IMG/VR virus record: IMGVR_UViG_3300001336_000001
Coordinates: 106,836 to 170,835 of that record
DNA from: a virus
Taxonomy: Duplodnaviria > Heunggongvirae > Uroviricota > Caudoviricetes
Strand: one strand, 5' to 3'
DNA length: 64,000 bases
In this document: one piece after another, positions 17,352 through 26,371 of the stretch
How the letters are laid out: each line of letters opens with the position of its first letter
Position numbering within the stretch: position 1 is the first letter of the stretch
Notes under the pieces: generated by a model
What the model was told of the DNA's origin: nothing
Databases searched by the model: none
Seen by the model: only the letters and a program-made list of their open reading frames with translations
Program-made: the position numbers and the translations under genes

Positions 17352-18513
17352 TTTTTTTAAAAAAAACTTTATTAATTTCTTCTGACCTAACGTCTTTGTT
17401 TGAGTCTATTCTATTTATTTGTTGTTTATTCAATTTTTCTGGATTTGGAACCTCAACACTAAACCCTCTATTTTTTTTTTCTGGAATATCGTTAATAGTT
17501 ATTGGTTTTCTATTTTTTTTACTATCATTGGATAAATTAACTGCCTTTTCTAAAACTTCTATTTTATTTTCTTCGATGTTTTTCACGACCTCATCAACAC
17601 TTTGTTTTGGTGATTCCGAAACCACTTCTTTTACAATAAGATTTGAGTCGTCAGACTCGTTCGAAGAATCTAACCCATAGTCTCTATTGTTGGTAATTTG
17701 TGATTTACCCTTTTTTGGTTGGTTATTGATAATTTTAGTGAAAATTATTATCAATAATACAGCCATGGGGTCACCAATAATAATTAATAACAATATAAAC
17801 CATTTAATAACCGAATCCATATCTGAATTGGTTATTTCAGACAAGTACATTAGTGGACCCAATTCAGAACTAAGTTCATTATTTGAGTTCATCTCTAATA
17901 TACTCATATCTAGCTTTATTATTGAGTCATTAATCACTGATATCTCAGTATATAATTTATTTATATCACCCTCAATAACCTTTAAATCGTCATTTGTTTC
18001 ACTAATTATACTTTGTACAGTCCTTGCGTTACGTATTTGATTTCTATTATAAAGTGAATCCAACCTATTTTCTTGCTGCGTTCTTAATTCTATTAATTTA
18101 CTACCCTGATTGCTTTTAAAGTCTATCTGTTCCTGTATTTTACCAACACTATTAATTAATAATGTTTTTTTATTTTCAACTAAATTGACCTCTGATTTAG
18201 ATAATACTAGTTTATTTTCGGTGTTTTTATAATTTGAACTTAGGAATCCATAAACCCCTATCGATGTTATAACCATTGCGATACCAACACAAACTATTAA
18301 CATACTTTTGTATATTATATTTAGTTTGTCACCGTAAGTGTGTAATGTTGATGTGGCGACAATTTTTGATATTTCTATTGTTGTGAAAAAAATTAAACCA
18401 AGAATACCAACACCACTAAATATTAATAATAACCCCTTTATTGAAACATAAGCCACCGTACCAGCAAGTAATAGTGCCATTAATAATATGAAATATAATA
18501 ATACTCTCCTCAT
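17338..18513 (-). CDS. Multi-pass membrane protein with large coiled coil
   Basis: Three N-terminal TM segments, long coiled coil, ELGPLMYL then a further TM segment. Confidence 0.75.
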   Translation of the reverse strand: MRRVLLYFILLMALLLAGTVAYVSIKGLLLIFSGVGILGLIFFTTIEISKIVATSTLHTYGDKLNIIYKSMLIVCVGIAMVITSIGVYGFLSSNYKNTENKLVLSKSEVNLVENKKTLLINSVGKIQEQIDFKSNQGSKLIELRTQQENRLDSLYNRNQIRNARTVQSIISETNDDLKVIEGDINKLYTEISVINDSIIKLDMSILEMNSNNELSSELGPLMYLSEITNSDMDSVIKWFILLLIIIGDPMAVLLIIIFTKIINNQPKKGKSQITNNRDYGLDSSNESDDSNLIVKEVVSESPKQSVDEVVKNIEENKIEVLEKAVNLSNDSKKNRKPITINDIPEKKNRGFSVEVPNPEKLNKQQINRIDSNKDVRSEEINKVFFKKNDRR

Positions 18514-18527
18514 GTATGATAAATATG

Positions 18528-19340
18528 TTAATTGTTTAATATTTCGTATAAATTTTCTGAATTAAACCGTAATTTACGTATAGCCCTTTCTTTTATTTGC
18601 CTAATACGCTCCTTGGTTAACCCAAACTTATAACCAATATCTTCAAGTGTTAATGGTTCTTTATTATCATTTAAACCATAGTATAACTCAATAATTTCTC
18701 GTTCACGTTCCGTTAGTGTTGATAGAGTCTTATCTAACTCATTTTTAATAACATCGTTAACATCGTAAAATGATTCACCCTCTAAATCTTGATTTAAGAC
18801 ATCTATTAATTCGGACCCGTCTTCATTTATGTAGTAATTTAATGATTTACAAGATGGTACCTCGGTTTTAATGTCTTTATTAACTTCCAAATCAAAATCA
18901 TATAATCCACTTAATTTTAATTTTTCTAATTCTTTTTTATCCGATGATAATTTATTAAAAACGTTAGATGGTAATCTAATAGTTCTTGAATTGTCATTTA
19001 AACTTTGGATAATCGATTGTTTAACCCACCAAACAGCGTAAGATATAAATCTAAACCCCTTTGTGTGGTCGAACTTTGATGCGGCCTTAATTAACCCGTA
19101 ATTACCCTCATTTATTAAATCACTTAATGATATACCATTACCCTGGTATTCCTTGGCTATTGAGACGACAAATTTTAAATTTGATGATATTAATTTTTCC
19201 TCAGCCAATTTATCACCAGATTTTATTTTTATCGCTAACTCAATCTCTTCATCTTTAGTTAAGACATCGTTATTTTTAATTTCTTTAAAATATTTACTTA
19301 CACATTCGTCATTTATTAAATTTATAAATTTACTACTCAT
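18528..19340 (-). CDS. rpoD: Sigma70-family RNA polymerase sigma factor lacking region 1.1 (Bacteroidota primary-sigma-like)
   Basis: NLKFVVSIAKEY, DLINEGNYGLIKAASKFD, FRFISYAVWWVKQSI, TLEDIG...LTKERIRQIKERAIRKLR. Confidence 0.9.
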   Translation of the reverse strand: MSSKFINLINDECVSKYFKEIKNNDVLTKDEEIELAIKIKSGDKLAEEKLISSNLKFVVSIAKEYQGNGISLSDLINEGNYGLIKAASKFDHTKGFRFISYAVWWVKQSIIQSLNDNSRTIRLPSNVFNKLSSDKKELEKLKLSGLYDFDLEVNKDIKTEVPSCKSLNYYINEDGSELIDVLNQDLEGESFYDVNDVIKNELDKTLSTLTEREREIIELYYGLNDNKEPLTLEDIGYKFGLTKERIRQIKERAIRKLRFNSENLYEILNN

Positions 19341-19387
19341 TAATCATCATATATACCAATCATTATGTTGCCCTAACAACGTGTTTT

Positions 19388-19981
19388 TTAATTTTTAAAA
19401 TTCGATATTTTTTCTAAAATATCTTTATCTAAGTCAGTTAAATTATCTACCCCCTTATCTATTATCGAATTAACTAAATCATTTATTTGTTCCTTTGATA
19501 GTGCTTCTAAATTAATATTAACGTACTCATTTTGGTTAATATTGTTATTCATAATACTTGAAGCACAACCAGAACTAACTATATTTTCACCCCCATCGTG
19601 TAACCAACTAGGTTCTGTCTCTTTGGTTGTGTTATCAATAAAATTTGATTTAACTAAGTCGTCTAATAAATAATTAGTGTAGTTTTCAAATTCTGAATAA
19701 TCATTATTATCACTAATGAATCCAAAAAACTCACTTTCTTTTTGTTTATCAGTCAAATTAAACCCAGATGACGACTTGTCCAAATCAAATAATAGAAAAT
19801 TTCTATGATTTTCAGTTAAATAACTAGTGATTGACTCAATGTCAATAGTACTTGAGAATGTTAACATACTTATACCTTTACCTTTCATAATCCTAGGTGT
19901 TGATATAGATATATCTAATATTTCATCAGTACAACCATCAATAGGTATAAAAAAGACTACACAAAAATTTTTAACAATCAT
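19388..19981 (-). CDS. Hypothetical protein
   Basis: 197-aa ORF; its C-terminal LVNSIIDKGVDNLTDLD resembles the end of 11104..11535 (VLDKINLCGSDSLNHLD). Confidence 0.75.
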   Translation of the reverse strand: MIVKNFCVVFFIPIDGCTDEILDISISTPRIMKGKGISMLTFSSTIDIESITSYLTENHRNFLLFDLDKSSSGFNLTDKQKESEFFGFISDNNDYSEFENYTNYLLDDLVKSNFIDNTTKETEPSWLHDGGENIVSSGCASSIMNNNINQNEYVNINLEALSKEQINDLVNSIIDKGVDNLTDLDKDILEKISNFKN

Positions 19982-20001
19982 TTATTATTTTTTTTATTAT
20001 A

Positions 20002-20032
20002 CAAATATACTAAAACTTAATAAATATTTCAA
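20002..20032 (-). promoter_or_regulatory. Bacteroidota-type promoter TTG-N20-TATATTTG ahead of the sigma-factor operon
   Basis: CAAATATA 20002-20009 and CAA 20030-20032 on the + strand. Confidence 0.7.
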
Positions 20033-22393
20033 CTAACTCTTAATTTTGGAGATATTATTTTCCTTAAGTACCGTTACAATATTATCAGCCCAATCTTTAA
20101 CCACCTCATTTTGAGTTATAAAATATATATTTTCATACATATCTTTTAATTTATCAAATAATAATTTCATCCTTTCAACATTAATCGGTGCAACCCTACC
20201 TAGGACTTCATCAAGTGTTATAAAGTTAGGCATTGATAGTTTAGTCATTTTACCCAAAACACATCTTAGAGCTAAACTAGCTGCGGTTCTTTCAAACCCA
20301 CTACCAGATTTTAATTGTTTTTCAACTTCATCCTTTATTAATAAATATCTAACTTCATTTTTTTCATCGATAGTTATTTCTATATCGAAATCAGTAACCT
20401 CCTCTAGTAATTGTTGTAATTCTGAATTTATGATTGGTAGTACTGACCTCAAGACCAATTTGCTTATACCTTTTTTACCAACCATATCGATGTAAGTTTT
20501 GTATATTTTTTCAATAGTGGTCTCTTTAGTGATTTTATCGATGATATTGGTTTTATTAACTATTTCACCGTTATTTCTATCAATGTCAATAATTACACGT
20601 TGTAACTTATTGTTTAATTCGGTTTTGGTGCGTTCTTCAACTTTTATGTTAGTGTCAACTAAACTAACCTTAATATCAACCTTTTTATTAGCTTCAATAG
20701 CATCTAAATTTTGTTTGTATAATTTTAAATCGTTCTTCTTTGATTTTATATCATTTCTCAAGCCAGATATCTCAACTTCTAACTTAGATTTTTCTAATTC
20801 TAATTTAGACAAATTATCTACAATTTTTTTTGTTTCATTTAACTTTATTAATTCACTATTGTATTTACCCAACTTATCTTTTAAACTTGTAACTTCTTTT
20901 TGTATTACACCAATAGTATTATTATGTTCATTAATGTGCTGACTATTGTCTACATCATCTAATTTTCTATTACAAGCGCTACAAATACCACCAGCTATTA
21001 AATCTTCAACAACCTTAGTTAATCTTTGAGATTCGGCATTTTTTAGTGCAACATCAGTATTTATTTTATTAACTAACTTCGTTAATTCATCATGTCTGTC
21101 TTCATCAAATTTTATTGAGCCAATCTCATCGATTTTTTTTGTTAACTCTTTGACTTCCCCACTTAATTTAATACCTTTGTTAGTTAAGGTTTCGACATCA
21201 CTCTCAATCTTAGATGGGTTCATTGATAAGATTTCAACATCAATACTTATTTTAGTCCCCAATAAACCCATTTTTTCTTTATTGAGTTCGATTAGTTTGT
21301 CTGATGATGTTTTAATATCTACCTCCACCTGAGTTTTGTCATTTGATAATTCAACTATCTTTAATTTATGTTGTTCAACTTCCTCTAATAACGTTGAGCT
21401 ATTGTATTGGTTAGATTTCATCGTTTTAGCAAATTCATTATACATTTTTCTAACGATACTTTCCTTTGCTTCAATAACTTCAAGACCAATAAATCTAGTT
21501 AGTAATTTACCACTCTCACTAGATGTGAAATCGATTAAATCATCTAGATTTCTAGCAGTAGCTAATACAATTAATTCAAAATCTTTTTCAGTACCAACAA
21601 CTTCCTTAATTTTTTCAGTTGTCTTTATTGCATGCTCCTCATTTAATATTTCTTCACTACCATCTGGAAGAATTCGATAATAGTTCAAAGTGTTTTTAAC
21701 ATTCCAACCTGCACTTCTCTTCTTTGAGCGTTTCATGGTTCGTTCTATCACTATATCACCCTCACCTTCAATCTCCAACAACCCCTTTATAACCATTTCA
21801 TCACCATCACTGTACTGATTAAAAATTTCTTCATTTTTATCAGTTTTAGTTGTTTTACCAAACAATAAATATTTTATTGAATCCACAACTAGTGTTGATT
21901 TTCCACCCTGATTTTCTGGTAATGAGTTTATAACTGTTAACCCCTTTAGATTATCAACATTAAATGTGTTGCCCTCACCAAATGATAAAAAGTTATCTAA
22001 TGTAATCCATTTAATCTTCCATTTTTTATTTATGGATTCGTTTTTGAATTCATCACCTAATTCAGTATTGACTTTGTTGTCTAGACCCACTAATCTTTCA
22101 AAGTCAACATCTCGACCTTCCCTGACTAACCATTCTTTAAATAATTCTCTTTGGTGGTTAATGTCTAATATATTATCAATACTAGCACCGTCTATTTTAA
22201 TTAATTCACCAGACGCATTCTTTTTAATGGGTCTGTATTCAACCCTAATATTTTTTTTATCAACATTATATTTGTTCGCAAAATGATTTTGTATTCTTTT
22301 TTTCTCATCTCGACTATAATTTTCTGGACTATCTTCCCAATAAACAATAATTTTAGATTTACTTGGTATTTGTATTGTTACACTATTCTCCAT
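20033..22393 (-). CDS. sbcC: SbcC/Rad50/T4 gp46-like SMC ATPase
   Basis: WITLDNFLSFG, Walker A NQGGKST, zinc hook CSAC in coiled coil, signature SGSGFE, Walker B ITLDEVL, FITQN. Confidence 0.92.
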   Translation of the reverse strand: MENSVTIQIPSKSKIIVYWEDSPENYSRDEKKRIQNHFANKYNVDKKNIRVEYRPIKKNASGELIKIDGASIDNILDINHQRELFKEWLVREGRDVDFERLVGLDNKVNTELGDEFKNESINKKWKIKWITLDNFLSFGEGNTFNVDNLKGLTVINSLPENQGGKSTLVVDSIKYLLFGKTTKTDKNEEIFNQYSDGDEMVIKGLLEIEGEGDIVIERTMKRSKKRSAGWNVKNTLNYYRILPDGSEEILNEEHAIKTTEKIKEVVGTEKDFELIVLATARNLDDLIDFTSSESGKLLTRFIGLEVIEAKESIVRKMYNEFAKTMKSNQYNSSTLLEEVEQHKLKIVELSNDKTQVEVDIKTSSDKLIELNKEKMGLLGTKISIDVEILSMNPSKIESDVETLTNKGIKLSGEVKELTKKIDEIGSIKFDEDRHDELTKLVNKINTDVALKNAESQRLTKVVEDLIAGGICSACNRKLDDVDNSQHINEHNNTIGVIQKEVTSLKDKLGKYNSELIKLNETKKIVDNLSKLELEKSKLEVEISGLRNDIKSKKNDLKLYKQNLDAIEANKKVDIKVSLVDTNIKVEERTKTELNNKLQRVIIDIDRNNGEIVNKTNIIDKITKETTIEKIYKTYIDMVGKKGISKLVLRSVLPIINSELQQLLEEVTDFDIEITIDEKNEVRYLLIKDEVEKQLKSGSGFERTAASLALRCVLGKMTKLSMPNFITLDEVLGRVAPINVERMKLLFDKLKDMYENIYFITQNEVVKDWADNIVTVLKENNISKIKS

Positions 22394-22706
22394 ATATATC
22401 TTTTTTTCTTTTGATTTCAATTAATTCATTATTCAATTTATTTATCTCATCATTAAGTCTACTGTTTTCCTTTAAAACTTCATTTAGTTTTTCGTCATCA
22501 CTAACTTTAATAATTTTTTCAACTGGAACTTCAACTATTTTTTCAATAACCTTTGGTTCAAAATTTGGTTGTGTGGGTCTTGAGCCGTATTTTTCTACAG
22601 TTAAACCTTGTTTTACCATTTTTAGGGTGAACGTACTAACATCTTCTATTTTATTAATGTTACAGTACTCTAATATTTCACTTTGTAAATCATTTGGAAT
22701 CTCCAT
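22383..22706 (-). CDS. Hypothetical protein
   Basis: 107-aa ORF with EKIVEVPVEKII repeat-like segment. Confidence 0.75.
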   Translation of the reverse strand: MEIPNDLQSEILEYCNINKIEDVSTFTLKMVKQGLTVEKYGSRPTQPNFEPKVIEKIVEVPVEKIIKVSDDEKLNEVLKENSRLNDEINKLNNELIEIKRKKDIYGE

Positions 22707-22929
22707 TGTTAATTTCTTTAAGTATGTTATCTATTTCTTCTCTACTCTGGTGTAATAATACAAATTCTTTAGTTTCTTCATCAATCCTGATTTCAATTAT
22801 TGGTTTATCAACCCTAGCGTAATATTCATCGTCTATTTTTAATACCTCACCATTGACCATTGAAAATTCACCCATAGTCTCAGGTAAGCGTTCTAGAAAG
22901 ACTTTTAATTCGTTAATAGTTATACCCAT
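22690..22929 (-). CDS. Hypothetical protein
   Basis: 79-aa ORF overlapping both neighbours. Confidence 0.7.
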   Translation of the reverse strand: MGITINELKVFLERLPETMGEFSMVNGEVLKIDDEYYARVDKPIIEIRIDEETKEFVLLHQSREEIDNILKEINNGDSK

Positions 22930-23747
22930 TATATATTAATTAATTTTTCTTTATTATTATCTAAATCATCTATAGATGATATTTTAAATTTATAAAATTT
23001 ATAATCGTTATTAACCTCGTGGGGTTCAAACGTTTTGTTTTCAATATCCCAAACTAAGAAACCATGACCACTTATATTTTCACCAATATTTTGTTGTATT
23101 AATGACCCTGCATAGGCTATAATTGTACCCTTATGATTCCAGTGTTGGTGTAAATGTATATCACCCAACATAACCATGTCACAACCTTCAAAATCCTCCA
23201 TGGTTGCACCATGGTCAAATTCATAACCTAAATCTGTTTTAGCCCCTAACACTGGTGCATGAAATAATCCAATATATTTTTTATCATTACCATGTTCTAC
23301 CCTTGCAGACTCAATATCAGGTCGCTTGTTTTCATCAAAAATTGAATAGACGCACCAAACAACGTTGTCATCTAAATAACAAGCACTATCACCAACATAA
23401 TATCTGATATCCAAGTCTGGTAATAGTTTTACCATGGGTGTGATGGAGTCTAATCTATCTTTATTATTTTCAAGTAAATCATGATTACCAGCAATAACCA
23501 CCACTGGTGCAATAGCTTCTAATTTTCTTAGAAACCAAGTTCCTAGTAATAATAACTCGTTTGATATTGTAATTTTCTGATGAACATAATCACCAGATAT
23601 CACTACCCTAACTTCATCTCTACTGTAACCCTTACTTAATTCTTTAATGTCTTTTAGTGTTTGTTGAAACACCTCAAGGTATTCTTTGTGCATTTTATAC
23701 GTTCTAATATGTATATCACTAAGATGAAAAACTTTTTTTATTGCCAT
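22929..23747 (-). CDS. sbcD: SbcD/Mre11/T4 gp47-like metallophosphoesterase nuclease
   Basis: HLSDIH, ISGDYVH, AGNHD, LFHAPV, MLGDIH, YAGSLIQ. Confidence 0.9.
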   Translation of the reverse strand: MAIKKVFHLSDIHIRTYKMHKEYLEVFQQTLKDIKELSKGYSRDEVRVVISGDYVHQKITISNELLLLGTWFLRKLEAIAPVVVIAGNHDLLENNKDRLDSITPMVKLLPDLDIRYYVGDSACYLDDNVVWCVYSIFDENKRPDIESARVEHGNDKKYIGLFHAPVLGAKTDLGYEFDHGATMEDFEGCDMVMLGDIHLHQHWNHKGTIIAYAGSLIQQNIGENISGHGFLVWDIENKTFEPHEVNNDYKFYKFKISSIDDLDNNKEKLINI

Positions 23748-23753
23748 ATTTTT

Positions 23754-25697
23754 TTATTTTTTTAATGCTTCAGATAATAATTTTAATCGATTATCTTCAT
23801 TTATTTCATATCTTTTCTTATTTTCCATAACCCTATCTATCCTGATTAGTGGGTCCATGGTTAAAACCGTATTTATAAAATCCTTGGGTATTCTATACTC
23901 TTTGAATGTTCCTATATCTAATAGATGAACGATTATACACCCAAATAATTTAATATCCTCATATTTTGTCCCCTTCAACATATCAAGTAATAACCTACCA
24001 TATAATGGTAGTTGTATCATGTAGTGAGTTAATGCTGTATCCATATATGAGTCAAATGGTTGTAACATTGGTTTGGTGTAGGGTTGGACTTCCATATTTT
24101 TAGGTTTATTCGTATTGTGTGTGACTAATAAGTTATAGCCACATAAAAAAGTATTAGATGGACTATTCACTTCAATACATTTTGTTGGTACTGATTCTAC
24201 TTCTTCAACTGAAACTATATTTCTGTAAGTTCTTCTATCTTTTTTACATATCACACGTAAATCTTGATTTCTACTTAAAAACGGATTAAACTCTGTAGTG
24301 ATAAATGAACCTCGATAACATTCAATTTCCTTACCATTAAACCTCTTGATAAATTTACTTTTAGTAACCTTAAGTCCTAATGATGATGCTAACACGTTAA
24401 AATAATCAACTTGATTTTCTCTAGTACTTTCCATAACAAACCTATTTCTAGATTTATTATAAGTACCATCACTATCCATTAAACCCCTTAATAAAGTTAA
24501 TCTTTGTTCATATGATGATAATAAATATATTTCTGGTATATGTTTATTTTTTAATAAATTATTTTCTCTTAATTTACTCTGTAAACCAAATATTGTTCTA
24601 GTAGTGGCTTTACCACTACCACTTTGTGATAAATCATCACCTATTTCGTAACCCCTTTTTTTAATCTCTCCCCAAACTTTTTCATTAGCTTGGGTTATTT
24701 TAGCATCAATACTATGACCATCACCTAACCAAACACCTAAAACGTATGGGTCGATTGGTAATTCGATTTCTAAATTGTTTAACGGTTTCGGGTTATCAAT
24801 TTTTAATATCTTATGTGAATACTTCTTACCTAATGAATCATTATAATCTTTAATTTCTTGGGTTGTCATTACTCGATGTTCTTTAATACCATTTTTTATG
24901 GTGTAAACTAACCACCTGTGTTCGAAGTCTGAAACTATTTCATCACCATTATCAAAAACCATTTTAAGACATTTCTTATTTTTAACTTCAGATATGTTCA
25001 TTATACCAACTAGATTACCGTCTTTATCATAAACCTTATCACCTTTAGTTAAAGTACCCATATTTTTCCAACCACTATTTGTTAGTATTGGTGTGTCTAA
25101 TGGTAACCCTTTCCAATCAGTTATTATTAACCCAATCTCACCATTATCATTTTCAACCAACCAAACCTTATCTGGTTGGCCAGTATACTTCAAGTAGGGG
25201 CTACCCAAAACCATTTCAGTGTCCAATAAAACAGCTTTACGTCTATGCATTAATTGGATGAACTTGTGTCCAGCATCAACCATTAGATTACTTATTTGTG
25301 TCTGCTCTAAGTCGCAATCAAATATTGGTTTTCTAACATCCTTGTATGACCCATATAGTTTTAGTAAATCTTTTTCTAATAAATAGTGAGTTCTAGACCC
25401 AATACTATTGGCATAATCAGCTGTTGAACGCCATTGTTTCAATAGTTCATCTTGCGAAATTATATCCCCATCACACATTTGTAATGATTTATCGTGCTCT
25501 GGAAATTCTTCATAGAATTGTTTAATTACTGTAGATACACTTGGGAACTTTGTTGTTATTTCACCATCTAAATTTTTTATATAATAAGTGTGTGTATCTT
25601 CAACAAACGATAATTCATATTTAATCTGCTTTTCAGATATAACATTTCTGATGTCTTCAGCGATTTCTAATAATTTTTTGTTGTTAGTTAAACTCAT
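23754..25697 (-). CDS. PD-(D/E)XK (RecB/Cas4-like) nuclease precursor containing an intein
   Basis: PSVSTVI, GSRTHYLLE, GQPDKVW, ITDWK|TNK split by the intein, YMIQLPLY; start moved to ATG 25697. Confidence 0.85.
   Translation of the reverse strand: MSLTNNKKLLEIAEDIRNVISEKQIKYELSFVEDTHTYYIKNLDGEITTKFPSVSTVIKQFYEEFPEHDKSLQMCDGDIISQDELLKQWRSTADYANSIGSRTHYLLEKDLLKLYGSYKDVRKPIFDCDLEQTQISNLMVDAGHKFIQLMHRRKAVLLDTEMVLGSPYLKYTGQPDKVWLVENDNGEIGLIITDWKGLPLDTPILTNSGWKNMGTLTKGDKVYDKDGNLVGIMNISEVKNKKCLKMVFDNGDEIVSDFEHRWLVYTIKNGIKEHRVMTTQEIKDYNDSLGKKYSHKILKIDNPKPLNNLEIELPIDPYVLGVWLGDGHSIDAKITQANEKVWGEIKKRGYEIGDDLSQSGSGKATTRTIFGLQSKLRENNLLKNKHIPEIYLLSSYEQRLTLLRGLMDSDGTYNKSRNRFVMESTRENQVDYFNVLASSLGLKVTKSKFIKRFNGKEIECYRGSFITTEFNPFLSRNQDLRVICKKDRRTYRNIVSVEEVESVPTKCIEVNSPSNTFLCGYNLLVTHNTNKPKNMEVQPYTKPMLQPFDSYMDTALTHYMIQLPLYGRLLLDMLKGTKYEDIKLFGCIIVHLLDIGTFKEYRIPKDFINTVLTMDPLIRIDRVMENKKRYEINEDNRLKLLSEALKK
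24114..25109 (-). mobile_element. Class 3 intein (332 aa) with LAGLIDADG homing endonuclease, N-terminal Gly
   Basis: Block A GLPLDTPI..SGWKNMG; block B SDFEHRW (Trp); LAGLIDADG motifs LGVWLGDG and LRGLMDSDG; block F TKCIEV (Cys); block G VTHN followed by Thr+1. Confidence 0.9.
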
Positions 25698-25703
25698 ATC
25701 TTG

Positions 25704-25734
25704 CAAATATACTAAGTTTTATCTATTATTTCAA
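25704..25734 (-). promoter_or_regulatory. Bacteroidota-type promoter TTG-N20-TATATTTG
   Basis: CAAATATA 25704-25711 and CAA 25732-25734; ATG only 6 nt downstream. Confidence 0.7.
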
Positions 25735-25735
25735 A

Positions 25736-25743
25736 TATTTATA
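25736..25743 (+). promoter_or_regulatory. Putative late promoter TATTTATA
   Basis: 10 nt upstream of the + strand ATG at 25754; motif flips orientation with the gene. Confidence 0.6.
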
Positions 25744-25753
25744 AATAAAAAAA

Positions 25754-26365
25754 ATGTCAAAATATAGAAATAACATAACTAATCGTTTGAAAGAGTGTTT
25801 AATAAATCTTTTAAATGAGTCTGATAATAATAAAATAACTGCTTACCATGGTAGTGGTGATATTATTAATAAATTCAAATTTGTTAGTAGGGATAAGGCA
25901 AATAACCAGGAAGGTCCTGGTATGTATTTCACAATTAATTATGATGATGCTAAAAAATATGCTGGAGATAATGGTTATGTTTACACTGTTGAATTCACGC
26001 CGAATCGTTTACTTACTGATAAACCGATAAATACTGTGGATAAAAAAGAGTTAAGGTCTAATGTTTTAAAGTTAATTAAAATGAGTCCCAATTGGAAGCG
26101 TGTGGCTATTAATTATGGTGACGATTTAGAAGAGGGGTTGGATGGTATGTTGTATAAATATATTGATTTATCTAGGACGGAAAGATTAGTATATATATCG
26201 ATATATGAGGACTTGTATATAAATAAACCTGAGCTATTCGTTAAGGGTATGGTTAAACTTGGTTACGATGGTGCTCATCTGTCATCTAAAGATGGTTCAA
26301 GAGATAATTATGCTGTTTATAACAAATCTAAACTTAAAATAACTAATAAAGAACAAATTATTTAA
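25754..26365 (+). CDS. ADP-ribosyltransferase-like protein (ART-PolyVal-like)
   Basis: TAYHGS, GPGMYFT...DAKKYA, VYTVEF, KLGYDGAHL, YAVYN pattern. Confidence 0.6.
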   Translation: MSKYRNNITNRLKECLINLLNESDNNKITAYHGSGDIINKFKFVSRDKANNQEGPGMYFTINYDDAKKYAGDNGYVYTVEFTPNRLLTDKPINTVDKKELRSNVLKLIKMSPNWKRVAINYGDDLEEGLDGMLYKYIDLSRTERLVYISIYEDLYINKPELFVKGMVKLGYDGAHLSSKDGSRDNYAVYNKSKLKITNKEQII

Positions 26366-26371
26366 TTAAGG

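Noticed and set aside
23754-25697. Cas4-like nuclease as evidence for a CRISPR-Cas system
   Set aside because: No repeat-spacer array or other cas gene is visible, and no Fe-S Cys cluster; context (gp46/47, primase) fits a recombination nuclease
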